Shown here in pieces: positions 37,410 to 51,294 of a stretch of DNA of 64,000 nucleotides; the first letter of the stretch is position 1, and every line of letters starts with the position of its first letter. A model generated the notes under the pieces. That model was not told the DNA's origin and ran no database searches. It saw only the letters and a list, made by a program, of their open reading frames with translations. This stretch comes from Octopus bimaculoides (Eukaryota): the NCBI RefSeq assembly GCF_001194135.2, contig NC_068990.1:67861507-67925506 (forward strand), given 5' to 3'. The position numbers and the translations under genes are program-made.

Positions 37410-39824
37410 AATAAATTTATATAAATGAGGATAAGATCAATATTCAAAATATCGATTTTATCAAGTGGACAGCATGGGAATAAAAACCATCAAAGGTAAT
37501 AATTATTTAAATTTATAATTTAGGGTATCTAAGAGACACCACGCTGAAATAGCAGTCAAAGTTTGACTCTAAAACCACTATAAATGTTTATAAAGCTGGA
37601 ATTATCCAGTAATTTTTGCTAGTTTATTTTGTCTCTTTGTCTTCTCTCCTGGTGCTTTATGAACATTCATAGTGGTTTTAGAGTCAATCTTTGACTGCTA
37701 TTTCAGCATGGTGGTGTCTCTCAGATTCCCTAAATTATAAATTTATATATATATGGGGAAATTCACGAAAAAACAACAGACGAAGACAGGTTTAATTTGA
37801 AGACATATACATATAAATCATCATCACCATATCATTTAACATCCACTTTTCTCTGCTTGCCTGAAGCAGACAGAGATTATTTCAGGTGGATTTTTCTGCC
37901 ACCACCCCTCTCCTGTTTCCAAGTAAAGTAATATTTTTTCATTATCAGCCATGTTCTCACATAGACGAAGGACATATATATTTATGTATATGTATGCACA
38001 TATAAATATATGACATGCCTCTTCCACTTTCTGTCTACCAAATTCATTCATAAATTCATTCAGCCCAGATTATATTAGAAGATAATTGCTGAAGGTGCGA
38101 CACATTGAGGTTGAACCTAAGACCATGTAGTTAGAATGCAAGGCTCATAACCTTACAGCTTTGCCTATATGTGTAGTTACATATCATCTACTCTCAACTG
38201 TTCAATATGTCTTATTATTATATACTGTGGTATATGCTAACATATGGGCTGATTGTTATTGTGGTGAGCAGTATATGGGCATTAATTGTAGCTGTTAAAA
38301 TGGCAAGATGATTAATTGAAAATATGGCAACTGAAAATATATACTCTGACTGTCTAGATACATTTTGATTCAATGGTGAAAGCAGTGAAAAGAAACTAAT
38401 ATGTGCTTCTAGATATTAAGTGCCAAAATGGACCAATTTCTTTTGTTGTAATACTTGAGAATATAATCCAAATTGATTAATCTCCAGGTCACTAGATTTT
38501 TCACTACCACATGTGAAATTTTTGAAGAGAATTGGATATATTCTTCACTATATACAGCTTGTGACACTTTTGACTGATAGTAGCTATGAAAAGCTATTCC
38601 AATTTTTGATTGAATTTATATTCCAGATTGCAGTTTAGACAAAGAATCTCTATCCTCTTTATTTAGAAACTCCTTGACAGAAATCAAATGAGAAGGACGC
38701 ATACTTTTAATAATCTTTGAAGCCACAACTATAGGACGATGGCCTTTTGCTTCTATTTCTTTGTTCATATCACCTGCCTGTGTTATGAATTCCAAATATA
38801 AAGAAAATTAAACCTATTATCATCATCTCACATTCTTCAGAGGGTCAATCAGCCTAAGCTGAGCAACTGAAGATTAAAGTATCAGAGATGAAGAAAAATG
38901 CTTATAACAGTGAAGTTGCCTTTCTGGTCGAAAGAAAAGGTTTTTCTTTTACATTTCTCTCTATTTTTTTTTCCTTCCTTTCTGCTCCTGCCCTCTCTCC
39001 ACTTGCCTTTATGCTATTTTCTTACAACTCTTATCACAAACAAGGTTATCAGGGCCAGTATGTAAGTTAGCTTGCAAATATATTTAGAGATTCTCTCCTT
39101 CATATCATTCAAGTATGATCACACCACTAACTACAAAGAGATTTTCTTCTTATCAGCTATTAAAGCATTACTACGAAAAAGAAGTTTCATTATAACCCCC
39201 TCTGTTGTTAAAATGACATTTTAACATTAAATTACGAATGGTCCTATGAAAATTTTATGGTGTTTTTTTCTTTTCGTTTTTAGACATGTGAACTGAGAAA
39301 TAGCCTTGAGTGGATGTCATAACATCCTCACTTCTAATCCATTTGCGAGAATACGTTAATGCAAATTTTAAAATCTGAAATTCAGAGATAATGACAGCTC
39401 AGAATAATAATCATACAGATATTTATTGCTATTCAGCCGATTATATTGAACAAGGACTGATTATTTCTTATTTCATGAGAATGACATTTTATTATTCCTT
39501 TCTTTTATGAAATGGCTTGATCTTAGCAATGTAAACTATTGAATTTCTCTCAATTTCCGATTTATTTGGGGTTTTGCTCCTCACCTTTTTTTATCCTCTG
39601 TCTCTATATTTGTCTGTGTCTGTCTGCCTCCCCCCTCTCTCTATCTATCTTTTTGTTATCTATCTATCAATCAATCTATCCATTTTCATTGATGGTCAGT
39701 TACTGCTAGATAACAAAGAGAAGTTCACAGATTTGACTAAAGTATGTAAACTCATATATTTCAGTTGAGATACTAACACAATATCGATTTGACCAATTAC
39801 AACTCTTCAGAATTGTTTTATATT

Positions 39825-40220
39825 CTTTTCATTTAGTTGTTTTGGTCATTGAACTGCAGTCATGCTGGATCAATACACTGAAGGGTTTTAGTTGAAAAAA
39901 ATTGCCCCCAATATTTATTTTTCTTTTTAATTCTGGTATTTACCATAGTGGTCTTTTAAACCGAACCACTAAGTTATAGGGCCAAAAACAAACCAACATT
40001 GGTTGTCAAACAAAGCAGAGGAACAGACACAGACACAAAGACACACTCACACACATATTCGACAAGCTTTCACAAATTTTCTTTCTTTATACCAAGTTCA
40101 CTCACAAGGCATTGGTTGGCATAAGGCTATTGTAGAAGACTCTTGTCCAAGGTGCTGCTCAGTGGGACTGAACCCAAAACCATGCAGTTGCAAATCAAGA
40201 TTCTCAATCACACAGACATG
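39825..40220 (-). mobile_element. SINE family A, diverged full-length copy
   Basis: Collinear with 45475-45900. Confidence 0.8.
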
Positions 40221-40659
40221 TCTGAATTTATAAGAAATATACCATTAACAATCAGTGCCATCTTAAAGTGTGGTCACTTACCTGGCTCAGCTACCTATGA
40301 GCATAATGATTCCATTACTTGTGCCCTAGTTTATTACTGTTCCTAGTGAACTATAAGGCAGCTAAAATGGCACAGATGACAATTTATTTTATTAAATCAG
40401 CATAAGTAAAAATATTTTTAGAAGAAAAATGAGATGTTGTGACATGCAATTCCCCTCTTAAATACTTTATTATCTCTGTAATTCACCAACATTACATCTG
40501 AGATGCTTATGCACACTCTCATCTTTGTGGCCTTTTATTGTTCACTTTCCTCTCTTCTTGTGCTTTATCTTGGGTGCTATGCATGCACATTTGCTTATCT
40601 TGCTCTCGTTCTTTACTTATTGCTTCTTTCTGTCATCATTTTACCCTTTTCATTGACTT

Positions 40660-40985
40660 GGTGTATGGCTCAGTGGTTAAAATGTTGGGCTCACAATCAT
40701 GAGGTAGTGAGTTCGATTTCAGAGCTGGATGGTGAGTTGTGTTCTTGAGCAAGGCACTTTGTTTCATGTTGCTCCAGTTCACTTAGCTGTAAAAATGAGT
40801 TGTGATGTCACTGGCTCCATGCTGTATCAGCCTTTGCCTTTCCCTAGGATAACATCAGTGGTGTGTAGAGGGGAGACTGGTATGCATGGGCAGCTGGTGG
40901 TCTTCTATAAACAACCTTGTCTGGACTTGTACCTTGGAAGGGAACTTTCTAGGTGCAATCCTATGGTTGTTCATGATTGAAGGGG
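40660..40985 (+). mobile_element. SINE family D, full length
   Basis: Head TGGCTCAGTGG (A box) and GAGTTCGATTTC (B box); core cttgagcaaggcacttt...gctccagttcacttagctg; (TTTAC)n tail. Confidence 0.88.
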
Positions 40986-41214
40986 GTCTTTACTTTACTT
41001 TTCTTTAGTGCATCTGCACACTGTATGTGACGAAGGTGGTGTGTATTAGTTTGACAAACAAAATGCTTAATGAACATTTCTTCAGGATCTTTGTACGTTG
41101 AGTTCTTGTCTTTCATCGTTTTGAGGATTGATAAAATAAAATACCAATCAAGTCTTAGGACTGATATAACTGACAAGCCCTGACTCCTCAAAATTGCTGA
41201 CCTTATTATTAAGG

Positions 41215-42050
<836 letters not shown>

Positions 42051-42851
42051 GATTATTATTATTACTATATTTAAACACTGCCATATGCCTAGTTCATCAC
42101 AAAGATTTATATTGTATCACCCATTATTGATGCCAATGAGAATGATAACATTAATGAATACATTAACAAAGATGATGACTGTAATGCTGACAAGTCTGTA
42201 CACAGTGACAATAGTGATTTTAATCATTATGATAATTAACGATGATAGTTTAAAATCATCTGTCAACAGTATAAACTAAACAGGCTAACTGAATCTGAGC
42301 AGATGAAATGTTTATAATTCTGTTGAGTATCACTGTCATCATCATCATCATCAACATTATTATTATCATCATCATTATTACTATTGAAGCTATTTTTATG
42401 TGAAATATTAAAGAGTTCATGTAGGCAATCAAAAGATTAAAAGAAAATTTAATAAACGAAAGCTAATTATTGAATTAGAAGGAGGTGGATTTACAAAATG
42501 AAGAGGCGGTAGCATTTCTGTAAATGTAAAAATATTGTAAATTCTTCATAAAATTATGTTACATTATATATATCAGATATTTGATATTTTTTACATATGA
42601 TTAAATGAATATTCTAAAATCTTATTAAAGAAAGCAATATTATTCACTTAAATTTTATTACTGTTCTATACAACTCGGGGCTGAATATGTGCAGGCATGG
42701 CGGTGTGGATAAGGAAGTTGCTTCCCAACCATGTGACTTCAGGTTCAGTCCCACTGCATCGCACCTTGGGCAAGTGTCTTCTACTCCATTCTTAAGCCAA
42801 CCAAAGTAAGTGTGTAGATTTAGTTGATGGAAGTTAAAAGAAACCTAGGAA

Positions 42852-43357
42852 GAATTTTGATTTGAGCACCCAATATAACCTCTCATAACTTTTTCTTTTA
42901 TGGAATTTTCAGAAAATTTTTATGAATTTGTGTTCTGCACAGAGGAATTCATACATTTATGCCAAAAAAAAATTCTTCTTATTTCTTTAACACCTCTACC
43001 CCTTCCACCAACTCATAAATCCTAAAATTTCCACTCTTTTTCAAAATTTAAAAAAAATCAGAGTTTAAATAACCCTTGGGCATATCATCATTCCATTAAA
43101 TGTGTTTCTGGGGAGAAAAATAGTGAAAACCATTAATACATGTCAGAGTCACAATGAAACAAGAAAGGTGTCAGGTAGTTGTGGGATGTGCTAAAATCAA
43201 AAATTAAATCTCACACAAAATCCCGCACACAGAACTTCTTGTTGCATAATCATATAAATTGCCGTGTGTAGAACAAATAAACAAAAATTTTCTGAAAATT
43301 CCAAAAAATAAAAAAAGTTACGAGGGGTTTTATATGAGGTGCTTAAACCAGAATTCC
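42852..43357. mobile_element. MITE with ~100-bp imperfect TIRs
   Basis: Left gaattttgatttgagcacccaatataacctctcataac...ggaattttcagaaaattttt is the inverse of right aaaaattttctgaaaattcc...gttacgaggggttttatatgaggtgcttaaaccagaattc. Confidence 0.8.
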
Positions 43358-45474
43358 ATCAAAACCTGTTTCATATTGTATGTGTGTGTGGCTGTGTGTA
43401 CCCTTGTCTTGACATCATATGATGATTTTAAACATGCATCACTATCATGTAATATTTATTCCCAGTCTTCTCATGGGAAAATATTTACCTTGCTTGTAAA
43501 AGGACATGTGGCTGTAGAAACTATTTCCCCCAAAATTCTGTCAGCCCCATGCAAACATGGGAAAATGAACATTTAACTATGATAATGACAACGATGATTT
43601 TGGTATGAAAATTGTTTCGGCATATAACTAATATATTAATTTTTCATGAACCAACAGGATGGTAAGAATGACAAGACTCCTACACCTTCCAACAATAACT
43701 GTCATATGCATGTATTGTGTATGTGTGTGTATGTGTGTGTGTGTGTGTGTGTGTGCAAGTTTGTGTTTATTATAAATACTTGTAGTGTTTAACAGGAATC
43801 TGTTATAATGTATCTGATAAATTAAAATAGAAATAGAGTACAAAATATCATTGGCATATATTTGTCATATGCACTACACAAACATGGCTGTGTGATTAAG
43901 AGCCATGCTTCATTAAGAGCTGTTACCACATGGTTACGGGTTCAGTCCCAATGCATGGTCATTGTTGGCTGGCTTCCTTTACTATAGCTGAGAGTTGACC
44001 AATACCTGATCAATGAAACTGACAAATAAAACTGAAAAAAAAAAAACATATATATGTATATTGCCTGAAGAAATAAATGCATGAACATTATCTACCCTAT
44101 ATTTAAGGACAATACGGACTGTACTTTAGTCATCCCAGGAATATGGACTATGATCTAAAGAAATATGTGACTTGTGGAAGCGTGTGACAAGATGACCTCA
44201 CTATTGATGGGGTCAAAAAGAAAAAGGCACCCTGTAAAAGGTACTCTGTAAAATGGTTGGCATTAGGAAAGACATCCAACCATAGACACCAAGTCAAAGT
44301 AGATAGTGGAGCACTATCCAATGCATGCCAGCATGAAACATCACCATTAAATGATGATGATAGTGCATGTGTGTGTGTGTGAGAGAGAGAGGGAGTTTGT
44401 GTTTCTCTTCATCTTCACTTGTATTCACTTATGGAAAACAAAATCTTCAATGTTTACAGAGTTGAGGGCCTTTGCTTGCAGTCCACTGTGAAAGCACATC
44501 CCAGCATCATGACATATCTTGACATGATTCTTTTTATGTTCAATAGAGAGCAGTTCTTATTACTTTGCTTGGAAACAGGTGAGGGTTGGTATCAGATAGG
44601 GCATATATACATATAGAAACTCTGCTGCAATGAAGTCTCGTCTGGCCCATGGAAAAGTGAATGTTAAAACACTGATGATGATGATGGTAGTGATGATGGT
44701 TGTGATGATGAAGATGATGGTGCTGAGAACAACTATAATGGTGATCGTGTATAAAGAAAAAGCATAACATAATAAACAATACGTAGAAACTGATGCAGCT
44801 TTGCAAAGGTAGGCAACATATGGAATATTGAAAAGATCAGCAAGAACACCAGTGAATTTTTGAAGAAACAATTTTTATTTATTTCTCTATTTATTTATTT
44901 CTCTAAGAAATTGTTTTTATTTAATTTAAAAATTATAGCCAGATTTAGCTCCAATAATAAATTTATTTAGCAGCTTATCTGCTGAAAATATCATGAAATA
45001 TTTGCAAAAACAAATATTTAATAGAAATAAAGAAATACTGGAAGATAATTGTTTATGTGGACAAACAATGAAGGCTATACGAACATAACTGCAACATTCA
45101 TGTTTGCAAAAAATGTTTAGCCATTATAATTTATATTTGTTAAATTTATCAATTATAAGTTATATGTTTTGTTTAACCTCAGCATCAGGAATAATTTATT
45201 CTTCCCAATACCCCATGCATCAGTGGATTTGTGCGCTGTTAACATGTGACTATGTGATATTATTATTTGTGTTTTTTTGCCTATTCTCTTTCCTTCTTTC
45301 TTTTTTTCTTTCTCGCTCTCTGGTTTTCAATTGCTTCACCAAACATTTTCTCTTCCTCTCTCTTTTTTGTAACTTTAAGTAACTCCTATTCTCTCTTCTT
45401 TTTCTCTTTCCTCTCCTCTCTCTCTCTCTCTCTGTATGTCTCCCTCCCCACTAGAAATATAAACAAATTATATA

Positions 45475-45695
45475 CTCTTTTGCTCTTTTACTTCTTTCAG
45501 TCATTTGACTGTGGCCATTCTGGAGCACCACCTTTAGTCGAACAAATCGACCCCAGGACTTATTCTTTGTAAGCCTAGTACTTATTCTATTGGTCTCTTT
45601 TGCTGAACCGCTACATGACAGGGATTTAAATACACCAACATTGCTTGTCAAACGATGGGGAGGGGACAAACACAGACACACAAATACACACACAC

Positions 45696-45742
<47 letters not shown>

Positions 45743-45900
45743 ATGGGCTTCTTTCAGTTTCCATCTACCAAATCCATTCACAAGGGTTTGGTCAGCCCAA
45801 GGCTATAGTAGAAGACACTTGCCCAAGGTGCCACACAGTGGGACTGAACCCAGAAGCATGTGGTCAAGAAGCAAGCTTCTTACCACACGGCCACTCCTAC
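45475..45900 (-). mobile_element. SINE family A, best-preserved full-length copy with internal (CA)/(TA)n
   Basis: tRNA-like head (minus strand: ggagtggccgtgtggtaagaagcttgc...gggttcagtcccactg), central microsatellite, (AAAAG)-type tail. Confidence 0.9.
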
Positions 45901-46195
45901 AACAATTTCTAATTTAGGTACAATACCAGAAATTTTGATGGATGAGAGTTAGCAGGTTCCATTAACCCTAGTACTTGACCAGTGCTTGATTTCATTGACA
46001 CCTAAAGAATAAAATATTAAGCTGGCCAAGGTGAAATTTGAACTCAGAATATAAAGAACCATAAAAACATAGTGCAAGCAATTTTTCCTGATGCTCTAAT
46101 GATTGTGCCAATCCACTACCAACGATGATTAATAATATAGACAATGAAATTTGAGGCTGGAACTATCAATTAGATCATCCTTACTTCAAGGCTAA

Positions 46196-46410
46196 CATTC
46201 TTTTCTACTCTAGGTACAAGGCTTGAAATTTTGTGGGAGGGAGCCAGTCAAGTAGATCAAATCCAGGATGCAGCTGGTACTTAATTTATCAACCCCAAAA
46301 GGATAAAAGGCAAGGTTGACCTCGGGGGGAATTTGAACTCAGAACATAAAGACAGACAAAATACCGCTAAGCATTTCGCCCAGCGTGCTAACGTTTCTGC
46401 CAGCTCACCA
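46196..46410 (-). mobile_element. SINE family B with a 17-bp target-site duplication
   Basis: ccttacttcaaggctaa occurs at 46179-46195 and again at 46411-46427. Confidence 0.92.
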
Positions 46411-46707
46411 CCTTACTTCAAGGCTAATATTAGATGAGTACTTCACTAGCATGAGAGTAATGCTAAAGTAATGCTAGATGTGCACTGAGCATCAATAGAC
46501 TAGTTGCAATCTAGTATTACAGTAGTTGCAGACTAGTCTTGCACTAGAACTAGGTTATTAGTAGTCTTGTACAAGAATAGTAAAAGAATAGTGCTGGACT
46601 AGCACTTGAGTAGTTCTTGACTACAACTAGGTTAGTATTAGAATGGTAGTAAACCAGTACTAGAGTAATACAATTCCATTGGTTTCTTTAGAAAGAAAGG
46701 CAAATTT

Positions 46708-46988
46708 GAGAATATCTGAAATACATTCAACTGCTCTCACAAATGAGAATACTAAAAAATGAACCCGACCAATCTAAAAAATTAAGCAAAAACAAATAAT
46801 CCAGAATCCTTGTACAGTACCAGATCGATCCCAAAATCTAAGCAGTTTGTGCCAGTCATGAGTCCAAATATCCCTGAAAGTCTCATCGAAATCCATTGAA
46901 CAGTTCTTGAGGTATCTTGTCCATAGGCAAACAAACAAACAAACATGACTGAAAACAATATCTCCGCCTTCGCTAAGGGGGAGGTAAT
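46708..46988 (+). mobile_element. Helentron-associated non-autonomous element (HINE-like), 5'-truncated
   Basis: Collinear with 63045-63329; internal (AAAC)n; terminal hairpin ctccgcctt-cgct-aagggggaggta. Confidence 0.7.
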
Positions 46989-47655
46989 AATCATGGTGAG
47001 AAGGGTGATGGTGAGAAGCATAGGTACAAAGCTATGAATTTTAAGACAGTGTCTGGTTGATTCATTCTAGCCAAGAACCTAATAAGTATTAGTTATTTTA
47101 TCAACACTGGAAGGAGAAAAGGCTAGAGCCAACCATAATAGGATTTAACCACAAATATGAAAGAACATAAATACCATATTTATCACTTACCCCACTCTCT
47201 TCACTCATTGCCTACTTCTCACTCTTCCACCCATACTTCTGTTCCTTTGTCCCCATTCACTCCTATTTACCTTGTAAACAACCCAGACACCTAATCACCA
47301 CTATTTTATCTCTTTCCAGCTCCATTCAACCATTTTCCTCCCCTATCCTCTAAGTTGTCATGTAGTTCCTACAAAAAACAAGAAATCTACTCTACCCGCT
47401 TGTCATGTACTTAACCCTTTATTATCTGGTATAAAAACCCTCTCTCTCAAGGATTTGTAATCTTCCAAACTGCATGGGAATCTCACTTGTATTGGTAGTA
47501 CAATAATAAAAAACAAAAAGCAGTCAGTACATATTGTAAAGTGGCTGGTGCTTCAAAGAGCATCAAGTCATAGACACTGGAGTACAATGCAGTCTTTGGA
47601 TTTGTCAGATTATGTCAAACCATCCAGCCCATGCACCAGCATGGAACATGAACAA

Positions 47656-47687
<32 letters not shown>

Positions 47688-47935
47688 GAAGAGGAAGAGG
47701 AGGATGATGTGTCATATTTTCAGGAACCTAGCCAATTCTGCAATCCAACACCAAGAACATAAGTAGATTGTGTAAGATATGGATATGGATATAGAGAAAA
47801 ATACTTTTGAAACTAATCAGTTACATAAACATAAATGCCAAAGAAAGACAGTATATAAGGAATATATATGTGCATGTGTATAAATGTGTGTGTGTGTCTG
47901 CATATGTTTGTGTGTGTGTGTGTGTGCGTGCATGC

Positions 47936-47971
<36 letters not shown>

Positions 47972-49798
47972 CATTCAGATAGAAATATGACCTCAAAAGA
48001 CATCAAAACGGTTTCAATGTATATAAGATAGATAAAGCAAGAAAGAATGAAAGAATGATGTGGCAGCATGATATAGCAAGAATATGAATGAGATTAATTC
48101 CAACATCACCATCGCTCAACTCAAGATTTACTAAATGTACTTTTATAGATATATGAATGAACATACAAAGCAAATATATCATTAAAAAACTTTACTGTAT
48201 AAGTGAAAAATGAGAAAAATCAACGAGTAAACACTATACAATCAATAATTAATACAAACAAACAAACACACACACACACATATATATACATAAATGGGAT
48301 GTGTAAGACAGGATAAGTGCTATGAACAGAATAGGAGTTGTGTCCAGGTTTTCATTGATCTAACACAGAAGCCAATGATATTATAAGTAGGGTGTCTCTG
48401 CGGAAAATACTTTGCAGCCTTAGCTACCCAGATCACTTTGTATTGATGATTAAATCATTCCATGATGCAATGCAAGATTGAGTCAATGTTGGGGAGAATA
48501 TATAAAGAGCCATTCCTGTGGAAAAATCATGCTGACCGGAGTGACAGCTTTGCCCTGGTTCAAAAGTTGACCTTGGCAGAATTTGAACTCAGAATATAAA
48601 GACAGATGAAGTGCTGTTAAGCATCTTGCCTGGCATACTAATGAACCTGCTAGCTCACCACCTAATGATAATAATTACAATAATGGTTCCTAATATAGGT
48701 GGAAGGCCAGCAGATTTTGGAGATGAGGGTTTACATCAAGCGCAGAATATGATGGGCACTTTATCTTATCAACCTTGGAGGGACAAAATGCAAAGATGAT
48801 CTTGGAGGAGTTTGAACTCAGAATGCCAAGACCCACAGCAGTATTTGGTGTGTTTTATTAAAGATTCTGTTAATCCTAATTTTTAGTCTCAGCATAAGCG
48901 TACATATAACGAAATTCCACCACACAGCTTCAAGTCACAAGGCAATGGTCAACTAGTGGCTGTTGTACAAACAACCACTGGTTACCCAAAGTTACATGTA
49001 GTGGGATCAAACCTAGCACAAGATTGTTATGAAGTGAGATTCATTACTACACAGACATAACTGGCATTTATTTTCTAGATGGATTCAAATAAAAACCATG
49101 AAACACCAGTAGCATCAGCAGCACCACCAACCACACTGGTAGCAGCAGTAGCAGCAATAATAATATTTTGTAAGAAAAGAAAAGAAAAAAAAAGCAGAAA
49201 ATAAACAAAAAATAAATACAAAAAAATTTGATTGATTCAAAAAGTTTTTTTTAATATTTTTGAAAATGAAGTTAAAAATTGTTAAACATAGACATTAATC
49301 TAATTTTATAGTGAAGATCGCCCAGATTTCAACTATTCTTTCCTTGGAAATTACTAGTTACCATCAACTTTTTTTCCTCTCTTACATTCTAGTTCACTCA
49401 CCATCGTCTATCACTACCTCTTTCACACACACACACACATACACACACACGTTCACATACAAACTCTTTTAAACAATTCACATCTTCTATTTTCCCAACC
49501 TTACTCAATCTATCCATCCTCAGCTATTGTAACCCATTAACAGAGAGCAACTGTCACCAATCACTTAATTAAAAGTAATCCATAATACAGTTGACTTTTT
49601 AATTTTTTTTTTTTTAATTTTGTGGTTTTCATTTTTTTATGACAAAAACTAACAAATGCAATTAAACAAAACAAAAATCTTTGAATAATAAATAATGTTA
49701 AAACTATTACCCAACAACTGTGTTGCAACCATTAAATAAGTGAGAATTGTTGTGGCTATCACTGTGACAACTATGGTCTATTGTTGTAGTTATCACCA

Positions 49799-49847
<49 letters not shown>

Positions 49848-50199
49848 GTAGTAATAATATTTTGTTAAATATTGGTATGCCAGTACTTAATATTTTTTAC
49901 AGACAGTTCCATGTTATCTAATCAAGTAGACTACAACATATGAGAAGCAAATCTAAAAATTAATGATAGCAATCAGAAGTAATCTTAGAAAGGTCAGGTT
50001 GAAGAACTCACAGACTAAACTTATGAAATCCAAAACAGAAATAATTTAAGTAATTACTGAGTATTTGTAAGCATAGGTTGGATATTTTGGAGGTACTGGT
50101 GTTGTTGATAAGGATTCCGAACTCCTTGCATGACCAGGATGAACCTGATGCCGATAATGGTAACAACAACACTGACAACAGTAACAATGATAATAATGG

Positions 50200-50410
50200 C
50201 TTCAAATTTTGACAGAAGGCCCGGCCGTTTTGGGAGAGGAGGACAGCTGATTACATTGATGCACATGCCCAATGAGTACTTATTTTATTGACCCCAAATG
50301 ATGAAAGGCAAAGTTGATCTCGGGGGGAATTTGAACTCAGAATGTAAAAATGGACAAAATGCTGCAAAGTATTTTTCCCAGCATGCTAATGATTCTGCCA
50401 GTTTGCTGGC
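50200..50410 (-). mobile_element. SINE family B
   Basis: Family body motif present (gatgaaaggcaaagttgatctcggggggaatttgaactcagaatgt). Confidence 0.8.
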
Positions 50411-50667
50411 TTAACAATGACAAGAATGATGACAATGATGATTACTGCAATGACAATGATGATGGTGATGAAGCCTTTGCAGGCACTAATGATGACAACA
50501 ATGGTAACGATGATAAGAATGATGGTAGAAGAGGTGATATGTCGCTTGCATATATAAGTAGCATATTAGTGTGTTGTGTTGCTTAGTTCCCTGTAAGCAG
50601 TCTTGTGATCAAAGACGTTTCATTCATGACTGTCATATAAGAGTATGTAGGAGTATATTATCTAAGA

Positions 50668-51062
50668 CAATGGTTCTCAACCAGGATCCACATGACCCTG
50701 GGGGTTTCATATAAGATGTTTAAGGGTCTGTGCTAACAAAATAGTTAAAATGGGGATCCACAGTCATATTTTAAGGATCCAAGTAAAAATTCTGGTTTAA
50801 ATGTATTTATTGCAAGAAGCAGATAGGCTTCTTTCACTAATGTTTTACATGATTTAACATGTTTCTGGCCAATGAAACATGAATTCTGATCGAGTGCTGT
50901 TGCAAACCTGTTCAAGGGAATGTGCAAAAAACAAAAGTGGAATTTTGAAAGAATAATCTATAAAACTGGCTTTCAAGCCTTGAATGCCTATGAGAGTCCA
51001 CCAGAATAGAAGAGTAATCAAAGGTGTCCATAGGTGAAAACAAAATAGGTTGAGAACCATTG
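50668..51062. mobile_element. hAT-type MITE (395 bp)
   Basis: Perfect 15-bp TIR CAATGGTTCTCAACC / GGTTGAGAACCATTG, of the CAGTGGTTCTCAA class typical of hAT/Charlie elements. An 8-bp TSD is not preserved. Confidence 0.85.
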
Positions 51063-51294
51063 AGGACCACTGATAACCACTGGTATCATTTCCTTATCTA
51101 AGCCAACAGTGCGTGTGTGATTTGAGGGAAATATGGCTGTGATTTCATGCAGGGGATTTCTCATGGTGTGTTATAGTGTAATTAGTAGTGTAATGTTTTA
51201 TGTGTTGCTCAGGTGTCTATTTTCAAGCAAGATGGGTGAAGCTCCATATCTATCACTAAGCTGACAGATATTGACTTTGGCAAAATCCCTTAAC

